A stretch of DNA of 44,740 bases from Candidatus Dojkabacteria bacterium (GTDB taxonomy: Bacteria; Patescibacteriota; Dojkabacteria; B142; OLB20). The stretch covers positions 30,549 to 75,288 of the forward strand of contig JAGQLL010000006.1 in NCBI GenBank assembly GCA_020429395.1, read 5' to 3'. Both the position numbers and the translations under genes were made by a program. This document shows, piece by piece, positions 36,201 through 43,771 of the stretch. The notes under the pieces were generated by a model that was not told where the DNA came from, ran no database searches, and was given only the letters and a program-made list of their open reading frames with translations. How positions within the stretch are numbered: position 1 is the stretch's first letter; each line of letters starts with the position of its first letter.

Positions 36201-36258
36201 GGAGGAGACTGTTATTGATGGGAGTAATTTGTACGTTCCATTACTTTCGTTGAATTAA
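30277..36258 (+). CDS. giant orphan protein (1993 aa), no recognisable catalytic motif
   Basis: Uninterrupted 5.98-kb ORF, N/I/L/E/K/S-rich. By eye I find no signal peptide, TM segment or P-loop. There is an embedded wHTH-like stretch (TKILQYLLQTEKPSIEQL...ILNRTIAQLKKNNLITYTENGDL) and a more globular C-terminal ~280 aa (LSGDMGDACWAS...ALILRGINPRQD...VIIVAPRSESGAFSNRE). The start is uncertain (ATG at 30277 or 30415). Confidence 0.8.
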   Translation: MNLVATPESPNNNIIEDSTEPPVISDKSYAESRGKLLPTQTTEVPSMDKVNVFRLPRLELKGLERQKREMMVGRRLERLKTEKRDMNSVIGYEDVTEYCKVEEKISSSDDEATLETNHLQNFEDAAEIRSRMTFTQKLSRKKFELKLKQEGFSNASELLEVIENTGFATVSNKNKEDIYIKNFNYSRIDLDFIKQLQKKGIDPQILFTRLSMLDCPSYLLHDFDEGTLDSLIQIGVLDEKTFSSNYQKIKSYNFLRISEQPSNQDTINALIGLLSEQTLPIETSNKLEIAQKIHKSTYQRVPLNGLLKTSIEDLELLGQLSNRSTYSWNSNAYINSKELVALFKEKGLAEDLAIFLKYKHNPTSYKFDISNLTKVSEEEREDTFQYIKKFSNFMSDPDKRLWLSVFQSVDTHSGDNRINEFAIDRAEETFKYKHILETYFALPGHERSLGNTSFMSELIRELDSLVLSDPDKASELLSFKPDEYYILYLNSIFKLGGLSVQKYEEMRGNKPEKYILEDVQGIIRSYQVIEQESEENKLQLILDLEDLDGKYLSHSNTNAIQRDEDNITNKLKLAKKFSSVSPDIRQFILDTLPTSLSDFEEKSATYANFFQNLGLGDFNVINFLINSKSGKELESMARSFQFLLKNEQLLNLRIGLLNIEYNRNIGFYNSELETLRWVTELEENEFLNLSKEFQKYNYRNINTLSNFALYHQNRENVEVLIDKINKFEHGEDSSKYIDFEGFSADLWKISSVMEIINNGNIDTVLDIALEITDTESMISIDHLAYLSSIASSDNFNVEKYKETIRSIQELFNVTSKSDFRFLSKEEFSSIYEISLLDDEAKINWTSFINGFKSLDQNDFDLRDKLSAYWSLFNNENREEIENFLKSYNEEVINFNFRDFLSFLNGLGKDDLKKVLQLQDLNGNIGNGSIELKNLSHSTLNDLSVEGLILINSVISPQLQMKLSNIPGNIYLDQIARFTTDPQSYIQYSIPLINRFAENDIVVNLNIDPNDLKDIEPSTINSLIDTMSTLNRSTLFKNKVFSRDYKDYLKLNEFFTKNDISLENFNNVISSLQQGDINSTQELMMYFQNVYPMDLEYYNQFITTIKEYCPSYVQPSNNRYALETKASFVQNIDFLKRNKSILNPSIKFDIASFETLNKLVNMEFDDNQLVNIINNSVIKFPLSTFGDVIDILPTKDASQVQFLIETINNRLFEHYGESPTSLSSIITELYKLKSSNAEGEITEQITGIVDLLSEFPINLNVLGSNTYAVIDLVKSSPSNLRFILEQSSGSSGLININTLQQFVKAEVLDINSVEDQQTYRRFVNEIGYFPSKKIFALYRNFDQNKDFTTSLEYLENIDDLAGVETKNDFTERIKVLRTNLLKTGNVDPKSSLQKDILMIEGRFELGRFKRNQGPEGLEAMVTQYYYDLEENKIAELQSVFTEGEIEVDVVKNFKISEDSIGMIESMLGNTKESMRILNMNGNEIIEYTLSELSQYVQHEMKKLQTLEENSTIEHLEELSVIEEAFKSLDLNNIEGTSNLLKSIGFDDNQTKILQYLLQTEKPSIEQLQSVDKTFEDKSILNRTIAQLKKNNLITYTENGDLVTNIDLIQNYAINKVNNKNKNIEKQLNNKKEMYRSLITTMNDLNTILKENGDLSKICEIAGLSSEFRSSNPEEQVIMAMLSLLSNYKEQASKNKINTNNLNDLTQRLIWAYVLKNPHLLNLSHELGTELTSLASTEIGLRHLNTFSELVNEHIGAHAIESMPLSKNQKEQLRKSFNINPLIQDLNNFNASEATNKNTYSILPTRGVLAELSGDMGDACWASRSSNIMRDNPNMTAFTIVENYSDPLSAKSVGSFLVIRETINGQPALILRGINPRQDIFDQGVTGNSFLAETLKYLEIIANNIKMQEGARNVIIVAPRSESGAFSNREALNSAHQNYFSGSDYHLDHINTFNSYNITQNISIRNGDTVLSEETVAEETVIDGSNLYVPLLSLN

Positions 36259-36278
36259 AACGTTTGCTAATATAAATT

Positions 36279-36743
36279 ATGAATAATTTGATCCCAATCA
36301 TCTACGCATCGACATCAGGCAATGTAGAAGCGACATGCCAGCATATTTCCGATCTACTTAGAGAAGCTGGTTTTGAGACATCTCTACATCGAGCCGAAAT
36401 TGTTGATTTCAAAGTTATACAAGAATCGAGTGTTATTCTTCTTGCAACTTCAACATGGGAACATGGTGAAATAAATCCTTTTTTTAATAATATTTTGGGT
36501 GAAATTGAAAAAAACGACTTAACAGGTAAAAGTGCAGGATTTATCGGTTTGGGTGATACACGCTATGAGCAAGTGTTATTTTGTAAAGGCATAGATATCT
36601 TACGAGAAGCATTTATAAAAGCAGGCGGAAAAGATTTGTCCTCACCATTGAAAATAAATGGTGAACCGTATCAGTATTTCAACACAACAGTATTAAATTG
36701 GACAAATAAGTTAATTGAACTACTAAAAAATGAATCAGCTTGA
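36279..36743 (+). CDS. flavodoxin
   Basis: IIYASTSGNVEATCQHI (FMN phosphate-binding loop region), TSTWEHGE and FIGLGDTRYEQVLFCKG. 154 aa. Confidence 0.75.
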   Translation: MNNLIPIIYASTSGNVEATCQHISDLLREAGFETSLHRAEIVDFKVIQESSVILLATSTWEHGEINPFFNNILGEIEKNDLTGKSAGFIGLGDTRYEQVLFCKGIDILREAFIKAGGKDLSSPLKINGEPYQYFNTTVLNWTNKLIELLKNESA

Positions 36744-38481
36744 TATAAAACGATTTGCAATAAAATTTGGAGGAGAATCTGGACAAGGAATAAATTCCCT
36801 TGGCGAAATTCTAGCAAAAGCATTAAAGAACACTGGTTATAAAATATTTGGTTATAGAGAATATCCATCTTTGATTAGAGGAGGTTACGCATCTTATCAA
36901 ATCGATATTGGAAATGAAGCTATCAATTCCTCCTCTCAATTCTGTGACATTCTTGTTTGTTCAAGTCGAAGATCAATTTATCAATATCTTAGAGATTTGA
37001 GATCAAATAGCATTCTTATACATACATTAACAGCTGTTATCTTCAAACCAGAGGACCAAGAATTTATAAAATCACAAAATATTCAAGTCAAATATATTGA
37101 CGCTCTTACACTTGCAAAACAACAAGGAGGCAATGCTCTAATGTCCAATATGATTCTACTAGGTGCACTAGCTGAAATTATCGGGTTAGATTTGACATCA
37201 GTAGAACATATTGTAAACGAACAATTTGCAGATAAACCAAAACTATTAGAGATTGACCTAAAATGTCTGAAAGTAGGTCATGATCTGAATATCGCTGACT
37301 ATAATTTGAATCTACAAAAATTCGATGGTTGGCAAGATTCGAAAATTATTACAGGTAACCATGCAATAGCACTAGGAGCAATATCTGCTGGTGCGAGAGC
37401 ATATTATTCTTATCCAATGACACCAGCATCTTCAATTTTGTCATATTTGGCAGAAACATCCCATGAAAGTGGAATGTTGGTGAAGCAAGCTGAGGACGAA
37501 ATAACAGCAGCTCAGATGACTGTTGGATCCATGCATATGGGAACCAGAGCTTTTACTGGTACGTCAGGAGGTGGATTTGATCTTATGACTGAAACTATCT
37601 CACTAGCTGGCATCATCGAGACTCCTTTAGTTTTAGTTTTAGCACAGCGACCTGGTCCCGCAACTGGTCTTCCCACTTGGACATCTGCTGGGGATCTCAA
37701 TCTAGCCATTCATGCTGGTCATGGTGAATATCCTCGAATCGTTATTTCTGCGAGTGATTTCGAAACAGCATACTCTCTTATTCAAAATGCATTTGATCTT
37801 GCTGAGAAATTTCAAACTCCCGTCATTCTCTTAACTGAGAAACAAATTGCTGAAGGTTTATATAATGTCAAAGATCTTCCACAAGATATCGAAATCAATA
37901 GATATTTGCTAAATGAAAATGAGTTAACTACTAAATCCACGCTCAAAAGATACCAATTTACAGAAAATGGAATTTCTCCACGATGGTTACCAGGAAGTGA
38001 TCTTCCCCAATACAATGCCAACGGAGACGAACATGATGAAGTTGGAGATGTAAACGAAGAGTCACTTAATGCAAAACTCATAGCTGAAAAGCGAATGAAG
38101 AAAACTGAATTGATCAAAATGTCCCTCCCAGATCCAGTATTGTATGGTGAAAATGAAGCTGATATAACATTTATTGGTTGGGGAAGTGTAAAACCGGTGA
38201 TTAATGATGTTAGAGATATTCTTAAACAAAATAATAGTGAAATTAAAATCAATTACCTTCATTATGACTATCTTTTCCCATTGAAAAGCGAATTGTTATT
38301 AAATGTATTAAAAAACTCAAAACGTCTAGTATTAGTTGAAAATAATTACCTTGGACAACTAGGTCAATTAATAACTTCAGAGACAGGATTCCAGTTTTCT
38401 GAAAAATTGCTTAAATATGATGGTAGACCATTCTTTATAGAAGACATATTAAATTTTATTAATTCATCTAGAAATGAGTAG
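36730..38481 (+). CDS. korA: 2-oxoacid:ferredoxin oxidoreductase, fused gamma-alpha subunit
   Basis: N-terminal gamma-type domain (FGGESGQGINSLGEILAKA..YPSLIRGG) followed by the alpha subunit (ITGNHAIALGAISAGARAYYSYPMTPASSIL, TGTSGGGFDLM). Substrate specificity cannot be inferred from the sequence. Confidence 0.85.
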   Translation: MNQLDIKRFAIKFGGESGQGINSLGEILAKALKNTGYKIFGYREYPSLIRGGYASYQIDIGNEAINSSSQFCDILVCSSRRSIYQYLRDLRSNSILIHTLTAVIFKPEDQEFIKSQNIQVKYIDALTLAKQQGGNALMSNMILLGALAEIIGLDLTSVEHIVNEQFADKPKLLEIDLKCLKVGHDLNIADYNLNLQKFDGWQDSKIITGNHAIALGAISAGARAYYSYPMTPASSILSYLAETSHESGMLVKQAEDEITAAQMTVGSMHMGTRAFTGTSGGGFDLMTETISLAGIIETPLVLVLAQRPGPATGLPTWTSAGDLNLAIHAGHGEYPRIVISASDFETAYSLIQNAFDLAEKFQTPVILLTEKQIAEGLYNVKDLPQDIEINRYLLNENELTTKSTLKRYQFTENGISPRWLPGSDLPQYNANGDEHDEVGDVNEESLNAKLIAEKRMKKTELIKMSLPDPVLYGENEADITFIGWGSVKPVINDVRDILKQNNSEIKINYLHYDYLFPLKSELLLNVLKNSKRLVLVENNYLGQLGQLITSETGFQFSEKLLKYDGRPFFIEDILNFINSSRNE

Positions 38482-39382
38482 TTTGTGTAAAACATATTTT
38501 GAAAATGAAAATGTTTCTTTGAAAGATTACTATTCAGATAATATCTATACATGGTGCACAAACTGTGGAAATTACGGAATAGCAGCAGCAACAAAAAGAG
38601 CTTTGGTTGCTGAGAATATAGAACCTAAAGATACATTTATGTGTTTCGATATTGGATGTAATGGCAATGGATCTGACAAAATAGGTGGCTATCGTTTACA
38701 TGGACTACATGGTCGTGTAATCCCTGTTGCTACTGGTGCAGCACTGGCAAATAGGAATCTTTCAGTGATCGCTTCAGGAGGTGACGGTGCAACTTTAAGC
38801 GAAGGAATTGGTCATTTGGTCCATGCTATAAGATCAAACTACAATATTACATTCCTTATGCACAACAATTGTAATTATGCACTTACCAAAGGTCAAGCTT
38901 CAGCATCGACTAGACAAGATGTACCCATGGATTCGTCACCAGATGGAACACCCTCTGATACTTTAAATTTCATGAATTTTGTTCTGAGCTTAGGAGCATC
39001 ATTTGCGGCAAGGACTTTCTCTGGAAATGTACAACAAATGACAGAAGTAATTAGAGCAGGAATTCGTCATAGAGGTTTTTCAGTCATAGAGATACTCCAG
39101 AATTGTCCAACATATAATAAAGACACTACACACGAATGGTACCAAGATAGGATTTACGATACTATTGAAATAAAGGATTATGATAATTCAAACTTTGATT
39201 CTGCGCTAAATATTTCAAAAGATATGTCTGAACGAATTGCAACAGGCGTGTTATTCGCAAATCCCAATTCCGTGCCTTTTGATCAAAGACTTGAAAATCG
39301 TCAAAATTATTCAACAGAACTAGTAGATGAAGTAAAAAGTTACAATCAAATAAGTCAGGAGCTTTTCAGTAGATTCATATAA
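38474..39382 (+). CDS. korB: 2-oxoacid:ferredoxin oxidoreductase, beta (TPP-binding) subunit
   Basis: WCTNCGNYGI and ASGGDGATLSEGIGHLVHAIRSNYNITFLMHNNCNYALTKGQ (TPP motif). 8-nt overlap with the alpha gene. Confidence 0.85.
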   Translation: MSSLCKTYFENENVSLKDYYSDNIYTWCTNCGNYGIAAATKRALVAENIEPKDTFMCFDIGCNGNGSDKIGGYRLHGLHGRVIPVATGAALANRNLSVIASGGDGATLSEGIGHLVHAIRSNYNITFLMHNNCNYALTKGQASASTRQDVPMDSSPDGTPSDTLNFMNFVLSLGASFAARTFSGNVQQMTEVIRAGIRHRGFSVIEILQNCPTYNKDTTHEWYQDRIYDTIEIKDYDNSNFDSALNISKDMSERIATGVLFANPNSVPFDQRLENRQNYSTELVDEVKSYNQISQELFSRFI

Positions 39383-39388
39383 CTCTAC

Positions 39389-39665
39389 GTCTCTCCGTGG
39401 TTTAATCACGGAGTCCCGTATACTCTCCCAATCGCACTTAAAGTAGAATCGAGATTCCGTGGGAAAGCCACGGAAAGACCTTGAGTATTTCGTTTTCCCG
39501 CTGTCTCTCCGTGCTTTAAGCACGGAGTCTCGTATACTCTCCCAATCGCACTTAAAGTAGAATCGAAATTCCGTGGTCAAGCCACGGAAAGACTTTGGGT
39601 ATTTTGTTTTCCCGCTGTCTCTCTGTGCTTTAAGCACGGAGTCTCGTATACTCTCAAATTCGTAA
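39389..39665. repeat. 114-nt tandem direct repeat, about 2.4 copies, hairpin-rich
   Basis: Units start at 39389, 39503 and 39617. Units 1 and 2 differ at 9 of 114 positions by my count. Each unit contains CTCCGTG(G/C)-TTTAA-(T/G)CACGGAG and TTCCGTGG-5 nt-CCACGGAA hairpins. Confidence 0.9.
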
Positions 39666-39671
39666 TAACCT

Positions 39672-40649
39672 TTAAAAACGAACTCTTTTCAGGTTGTAAC
39701 CTCTCCTCTTATTCTCAAACCAAGTAATCTGTCTTGAGGCATAATTCCTGTGGGCTTGTTTTATCTTTGTTTTTGCTTCTTCTAATGAAATTTTGCCATT
39801 TAGATATTCCACAACTTCTTTGTAACCCATCCCTTGCATAGATTTACAATCTTGAAATCCACGTTTTACTAAATTTTTTACCTCTTCAATTAACCCCTCT
39901 TCAAACATTTCTTCAACACGATTATTGATCTTGTCATACAAGTCTTCTCTATCAAAAATCGGGTAGTATATTTTATGGTTTAATATTTTATTGGCTCTGC
40001 ATGTCTTAGTTTTCGAATGTGCAAGTTCTATCCTTCTAATTAATCTTCTAGGGTTTTCTTTATCACTTTCATTTAAAGATAAGGCGGTTTCAGAGTGAAT
40101 TTTATATAATTCATCAAATAGCTGTTCATTAGACATCTTGATTAAACTATGTCGAAGATTCTCGTCAATTCCAACATCCTCAATTTTATAAGATTTTAGA
40201 ATCGAATCGATATAAAGCCCAGTTCCTCCAACCAATATTGCTTTTTGGCCAATTCGATTGAACTCCTCTAATAATTTCAAAACTAAATACTGATATTGTG
40301 CCAAAGTGAACTCCTCATCAGGGTTTACGATATCGAACATATATCCAACTACACCTGATTTTTCAATCTCATATGCATTTATTTCGTACTCCGATTTGTT
40401 TTCGTCTACATCTCCTTCTATCTGAATATTTTCTTTCCTCAATTTAACTCGAGGAAATATCTTAATCTCTAAACCTCTGAATCTCTTAATTTCTCCCTTG
40501 TTTGTCCCAATATTCATATCTTTATATACCTGCATAGAATCCGCATTAATTAAGACAGCATTTAATTCCTTTGCCAATTCAATAGCATAAGAAGTTTTCC
40601 CACTTGCGGTAGGTCCTGCAACAACTATTAATTCCTCAAAACTGTTCAT
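39672..40649 (-). CDS. miaA: tRNA dimethylallyltransferase
   Basis: VVAGPTASGKTSYAIELAKELNAVLINADSMQVYKDMNIGTNK, ILVGGTGLYIDS and QAHRNYASRQITWF. A ~40-aa insertion follows GTNKG relative to E. coli MiaA as I recall it. Confidence 0.88.
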   Translation of the reverse strand: MNSFEELIVVAGPTASGKTSYAIELAKELNAVLINADSMQVYKDMNIGTNKGEIKRFRGLEIKIFPRVKLRKENIQIEGDVDENKSEYEINAYEIEKSGVVGYMFDIVNPDEEFTLAQYQYLVLKLLEEFNRIGQKAILVGGTGLYIDSILKSYKIEDVGIDENLRHSLIKMSNEQLFDELYKIHSETALSLNESDKENPRRLIRRIELAHSKTKTCRANKILNHKIYYPIFDREDLYDKINNRVEEMFEEGLIEEVKNLVKRGFQDCKSMQGMGYKEVVEYLNGKISLEEAKTKIKQAHRNYASRQITWFENKRRGYNLKRVRF

Positions 40650-40691
40650 CGTATCGAATTTACGCTAAATTATATGTAAATAAAACTGTCT

Positions 40692-41804
40692 ATGAAACAT
40701 TTCACGTATTTTACCATTACGAATAGTCTTTTACTCCTATTATTTGGTTTAACTAACACCTTTGGCATTGCTTATCTTTACAAGCGCAGTGAAGGTTCTT
40801 TTCTACTCTCAATTGGATTAATAATTTTAATTAGAATTTTGTATATTATTATATTACCTACGGGAACGAAACTTGTCGGGAGAATAGGCACTCGAAGTTC
40901 GGTAATAGTCTTTATGATACTACTCCTCCTATCTAATGCTTCACTAATATTAGTAGATTCAAGTATTTTCTTTCTTTACCTATGGATAATTTTATCTGCT
41001 GTAGCTTATATATTTTTTTTTATACCCACTGCCTTATTTACAAGTAAGTACACTGAAACCAAAACGAGAGGTATTCAAATGGGTAGAATTTCATCAACAA
41101 TTTTATTTGCGACTGCTTTTGCACCTTTGATTACAGGAGAAGTTTTAGATAGATATTCAATTACTGGTTTTGTCTTGCTATTGGCCTTAATCATAATTAT
41201 TTCATTATTTTTTGTCCCTAAATTAAAAAATATACATTTTGATTATCTTGGTGGTTTAAAAAAATTTAGATTCAACAAGTCATTATTAAGAGGTTCTTGG
41301 ATTGAAGCCTGTCATTATTCAACTAGAAATTTAGGAATCTTTTGGTCGTTATATATATTTATCTTTTTTGATGAGAATTACAAAAAATTTGGATTGTTGC
41401 TCACTGCGATAACCCTATTTTCAGCATTCGTCAACATTATTGTTGGTAAGTATTTGAATCAACATAACAAAAAAGACATCATTAAAACTCAAGCAATCTT
41501 CAGTCCTTTTAGTTGGATTTTTAGAATTCTAGCCGTAAATCCACTTAGTATCTTCTTTGCGGATGCTTTTCATAGCTTAAATGGCTATATTCGAGAATCC
41601 GCAATCGAAAGTACAGCTTTTGATCTGATGAGTAGAGACGGACACAAAGAAATATTGGATGAAAAATTTGTTGTAAGGGAGATAATAATCAATATAGGAA
41701 TTATCCTAACTCTATCGGCAGGAGTTATACTTACAATGCTATTTGGAATAAAATCGAGCTTTATTCTAGGAATTATTATCTCACTGGGGTATTTACTTAT
41801 TTAG
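40692..41804 (+). CDS. polytopic membrane protein (MFS-like transporter)
   Basis: About 10-12 hydrophobic helices in two halves. No diagnostic motif recognised. Confidence 0.45.
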   Translation: MKHFTYFTITNSLLLLLFGLTNTFGIAYLYKRSEGSFLLSIGLIILIRILYIIILPTGTKLVGRIGTRSSVIVFMILLLLSNASLILVDSSIFFLYLWIILSAVAYIFFFIPTALFTSKYTETKTRGIQMGRISSTILFATAFAPLITGEVLDRYSITGFVLLLALIIIISLFFVPKLKNIHFDYLGGLKKFRFNKSLLRGSWIEACHYSTRNLGIFWSLYIFIFFDENYKKFGLLLTAITLFSAFVNIIVGKYLNQHNKKDIIKTQAIFSPFSWIFRILAVNPLSIFFADAFHSLNGYIRESAIESTAFDLMSRDGHKEILDEKFVVREIIINIGIILTLSAGVILTMLFGIKSSFILGIIISLGYLLI

Positions 41805-43157
41805 CGACTTAAGACTTTCCTTCACCACATCATGCTCACTCCAGGGATACTCAACCTGTTCAGCACCAAATGCCAAACTTTCTTCGTGTGCTTTTCCTGT
41901 TAAATATACAATATCACCTTTTTCTGCAATACCTATAGCAAGCGAAATTGCATCTTTTCTACTAGATATATCATCTGCATCAAAAGCAAAGAATGGTGTG
42001 TTTCCTGCTTCTATAGTTGTTCTCATATCTGATTTTAACTCTTCTAAATTCTTAATTTCGTAATCCTCAGAATCATTGAATTTCGCAACTAGCTGGCCTT
42101 TAGATTCTTTCGCATATTCTAGGATTTCATTATTAATATTAGAAAGTTTTTCATCTCTTGGATCTTCTGCAGTGAGAATTACTACATCGGATAGTCTAGC
42201 AGCAACTTCTCCCATTTTTCGTCTTTCTTTATCCCTCATCCCTGCACAACCAAAGACTGTTATGATTTTTGTTCCTGAATTCTTTAATTCTTTCAAACTA
42301 TTCAATGCGCTTTCAAGTGAGTTGGGTGTATGTGCAAAATCAATAATAACGCTAAAAGGTTCGGTTTTTATAACTTCCATCCTTCCTTTTGGCGCTTTAA
42401 ATGTTTTCAGATGTTTTGAGATTACATCTAATGGCATAATTTCCGAAGCTAACGCTATCACTCCTAAAGCGTTTTCAAGATTATACTTTCCAATCAAATG
42501 AAGTTCGAATTCTAGACTTTGCCATACAAATGTTAACCCATTGATTGAATGCTTGATATTTAATGTCTGTGAAGCACTCACCTCTTTCATATTGACATCT
42601 AATCTTTGACTTGAAATCTGTTCTTTAATCCATTCAAATGAATTTTTATCTTCCTTATTTAAAACAATTAAACCTTTGTTTTTAATCTGTTTTACGAGTT
42701 GAAATTTCGCCTTAGCATAATTTTCCCATGTTCCATGGTAATCAAGATGATCACTTTTGATATTAGTAATTATTCCACCATCAAACTCAATGCCCCATAG
42801 ACGATTTTGTTGAAACCCGTTTGAAGTAGACTCAAGTACTACATATTCCACCCCTTCCTTCACCATCTGGTCAAGATATTTAGGCACCATCCAAGGATCT
42901 GGTGTAGTTACATGTAGTCCCGTATCGAGATCTTGATCGCCTATTTTTGCTCCGATTGTAGAAATATATCCTACTTTCAAATTTTCTTCTTTCAAAATGT
43001 GATAGAGCATCAGTGTGGAGGTGGTTTTCCCGTCTGTTCCAGTTACACCAAGTATCTTTAATTTCTTTGATGGAAAGTCATATTTATAGTTGGCATAGAT
43101 TGCCTGACCTAGGTGTAATAGATTTTTAGCTTTTTGTATTGGATGTGATTGCTGCAT
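41793..43157 (-). CDS. murE: UDP-N-acetylmuramoyl-L-alanyl-D-glutamate--diamino acid ligase
   Basis: ILGVTGTDGKTTST, DFAHTPNSLESAL, GCAGMRDKERRKMGEVAA and TAEDPRDE follow the MurE pattern. The start may lie downstream of 43157, given a 32-nt overlap with the sigma gene. Confidence 0.8.
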   Translation of the reverse strand: MQQSHPIQKAKNLLHLGQAIYANYKYDFPSKKLKILGVTGTDGKTTSTLMLYHILKEENLKVGYISTIGAKIGDQDLDTGLHVTTPDPWMVPKYLDQMVKEGVEYVVLESTSNGFQQNRLWGIEFDGGIITNIKSDHLDYHGTWENYAKAKFQLVKQIKNKGLIVLNKEDKNSFEWIKEQISSQRLDVNMKEVSASQTLNIKHSINGLTFVWQSLEFELHLIGKYNLENALGVIALASEIMPLDVISKHLKTFKAPKGRMEVIKTEPFSVIIDFAHTPNSLESALNSLKELKNSGTKIITVFGCAGMRDKERRKMGEVAARLSDVVILTAEDPRDEKLSNINNEILEYAKESKGQLVAKFNDSEDYEIKNLEELKSDMRTTIEAGNTPFFAFDADDISSRKDAISLAIGIAEKGDIVYLTGKAHEESLAFGAEQVEYPWSEHDVVKESLKSLNK

Positions 43158-43680
43158 TTCTTATTCTTTTCTTTTGATTCTTCTGAATAATATTTTCAAG
43201 CTTTTTTCGAGCACGATGTAATTTCGTACCTACATTAGTTTCGCTCATATTTAATAAGTCTGCAATTTCTTTATTAGATAACTCTTCAAAAAATTTATAA
43301 TAAACAAGGTATTGTTCATCTTCGTCTAAGTCTCGCATAGCATTATAAAGCTCAATTTCTTCTTCATCAGCTTCTGCTTCTACATCAACGCCAGGTACAT
43401 TTGACTCGACAAAATTTACTATATCTTCAAGTGATTTTTCACCTTTGTGTTTGTCATTTTTCCTGTAAAAATCAATGATATGATTTCTCGCAATCTTGAA
43501 TATCCAGGCAGAGACAGTTATCCCCTGCCACTGAAAATCCGAAATGGAAATTAACACTTTTTCAAATATTTCTGAAGTGAGATCTTCCGCAGTCGTTACA
43601 TTTGTGACTCTTTTAGTCACGAAAGCTAACACTTTCGCATAATGTGTTTCATAAATTTTTTCGAAATCCTTTTTGCTCAA
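43126..43680 (-). CDS. sigma-70 family (ECF-like) RNA polymerase sigma factor
   Basis: Region 2 (WIFKIARNHIIDFYRK) and region 4 HTH (LSNKEIADLLNMSETNVGTKLHRARKKL). TTG start. Confidence 0.8.
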   Translation of the reverse strand: MSKKDFEKIYETHYAKVLAFVTKRVTNVTTAEDLTSEIFEKVLISISDFQWQGITVSAWIFKIARNHIIDFYRKNDKHKGEKSLEDIVNFVESNVPGVDVEAEADEEEIELYNAMRDLDEDEQYLVYYKFFEELSNKEIADLLNMSETNVGTKLHRARKKLENIIQKNQKKRIRNAAITSNTKS

Positions 43681-43771
43681 CTCCCTCTTTGCAAAGAGTT
43701 TCTTTTGTCTTTTAATCGAAATTAGCTTTTTAATAGGTTTTTTGTAAAAACTTTAATACAAAGGAAAATTA

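Noticed and set aside
29932-36258. Genomic island or prophage integrated at tRNA-Leu carrying the giant gene
   Set aside because: There is no integrase, recombinase or transposase and no 3'-tRNA direct repeat downstream. Composition and codon style look like the rest of the window. The tRNA-like stub lies upstream (the 5' side) and only 125 nt away.
39320-39637. 105-aa ORF on the minus strand whose sequence is internally repeated
   Set aside because: It is a translation of the 114-nt (38-codon) tandem repeat and overlaps the 3' end of korB. The differences between units are mostly non-synonymous, and several preserve a stem or fall in loops, which fits RNA/DNA structure rather than coding.
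39389-39665. Possible CRISPR array
   Set aside because: The whole 114-nt unit repeats, including what would be the spacers. There are no unique spacers and no cas genes in the window.
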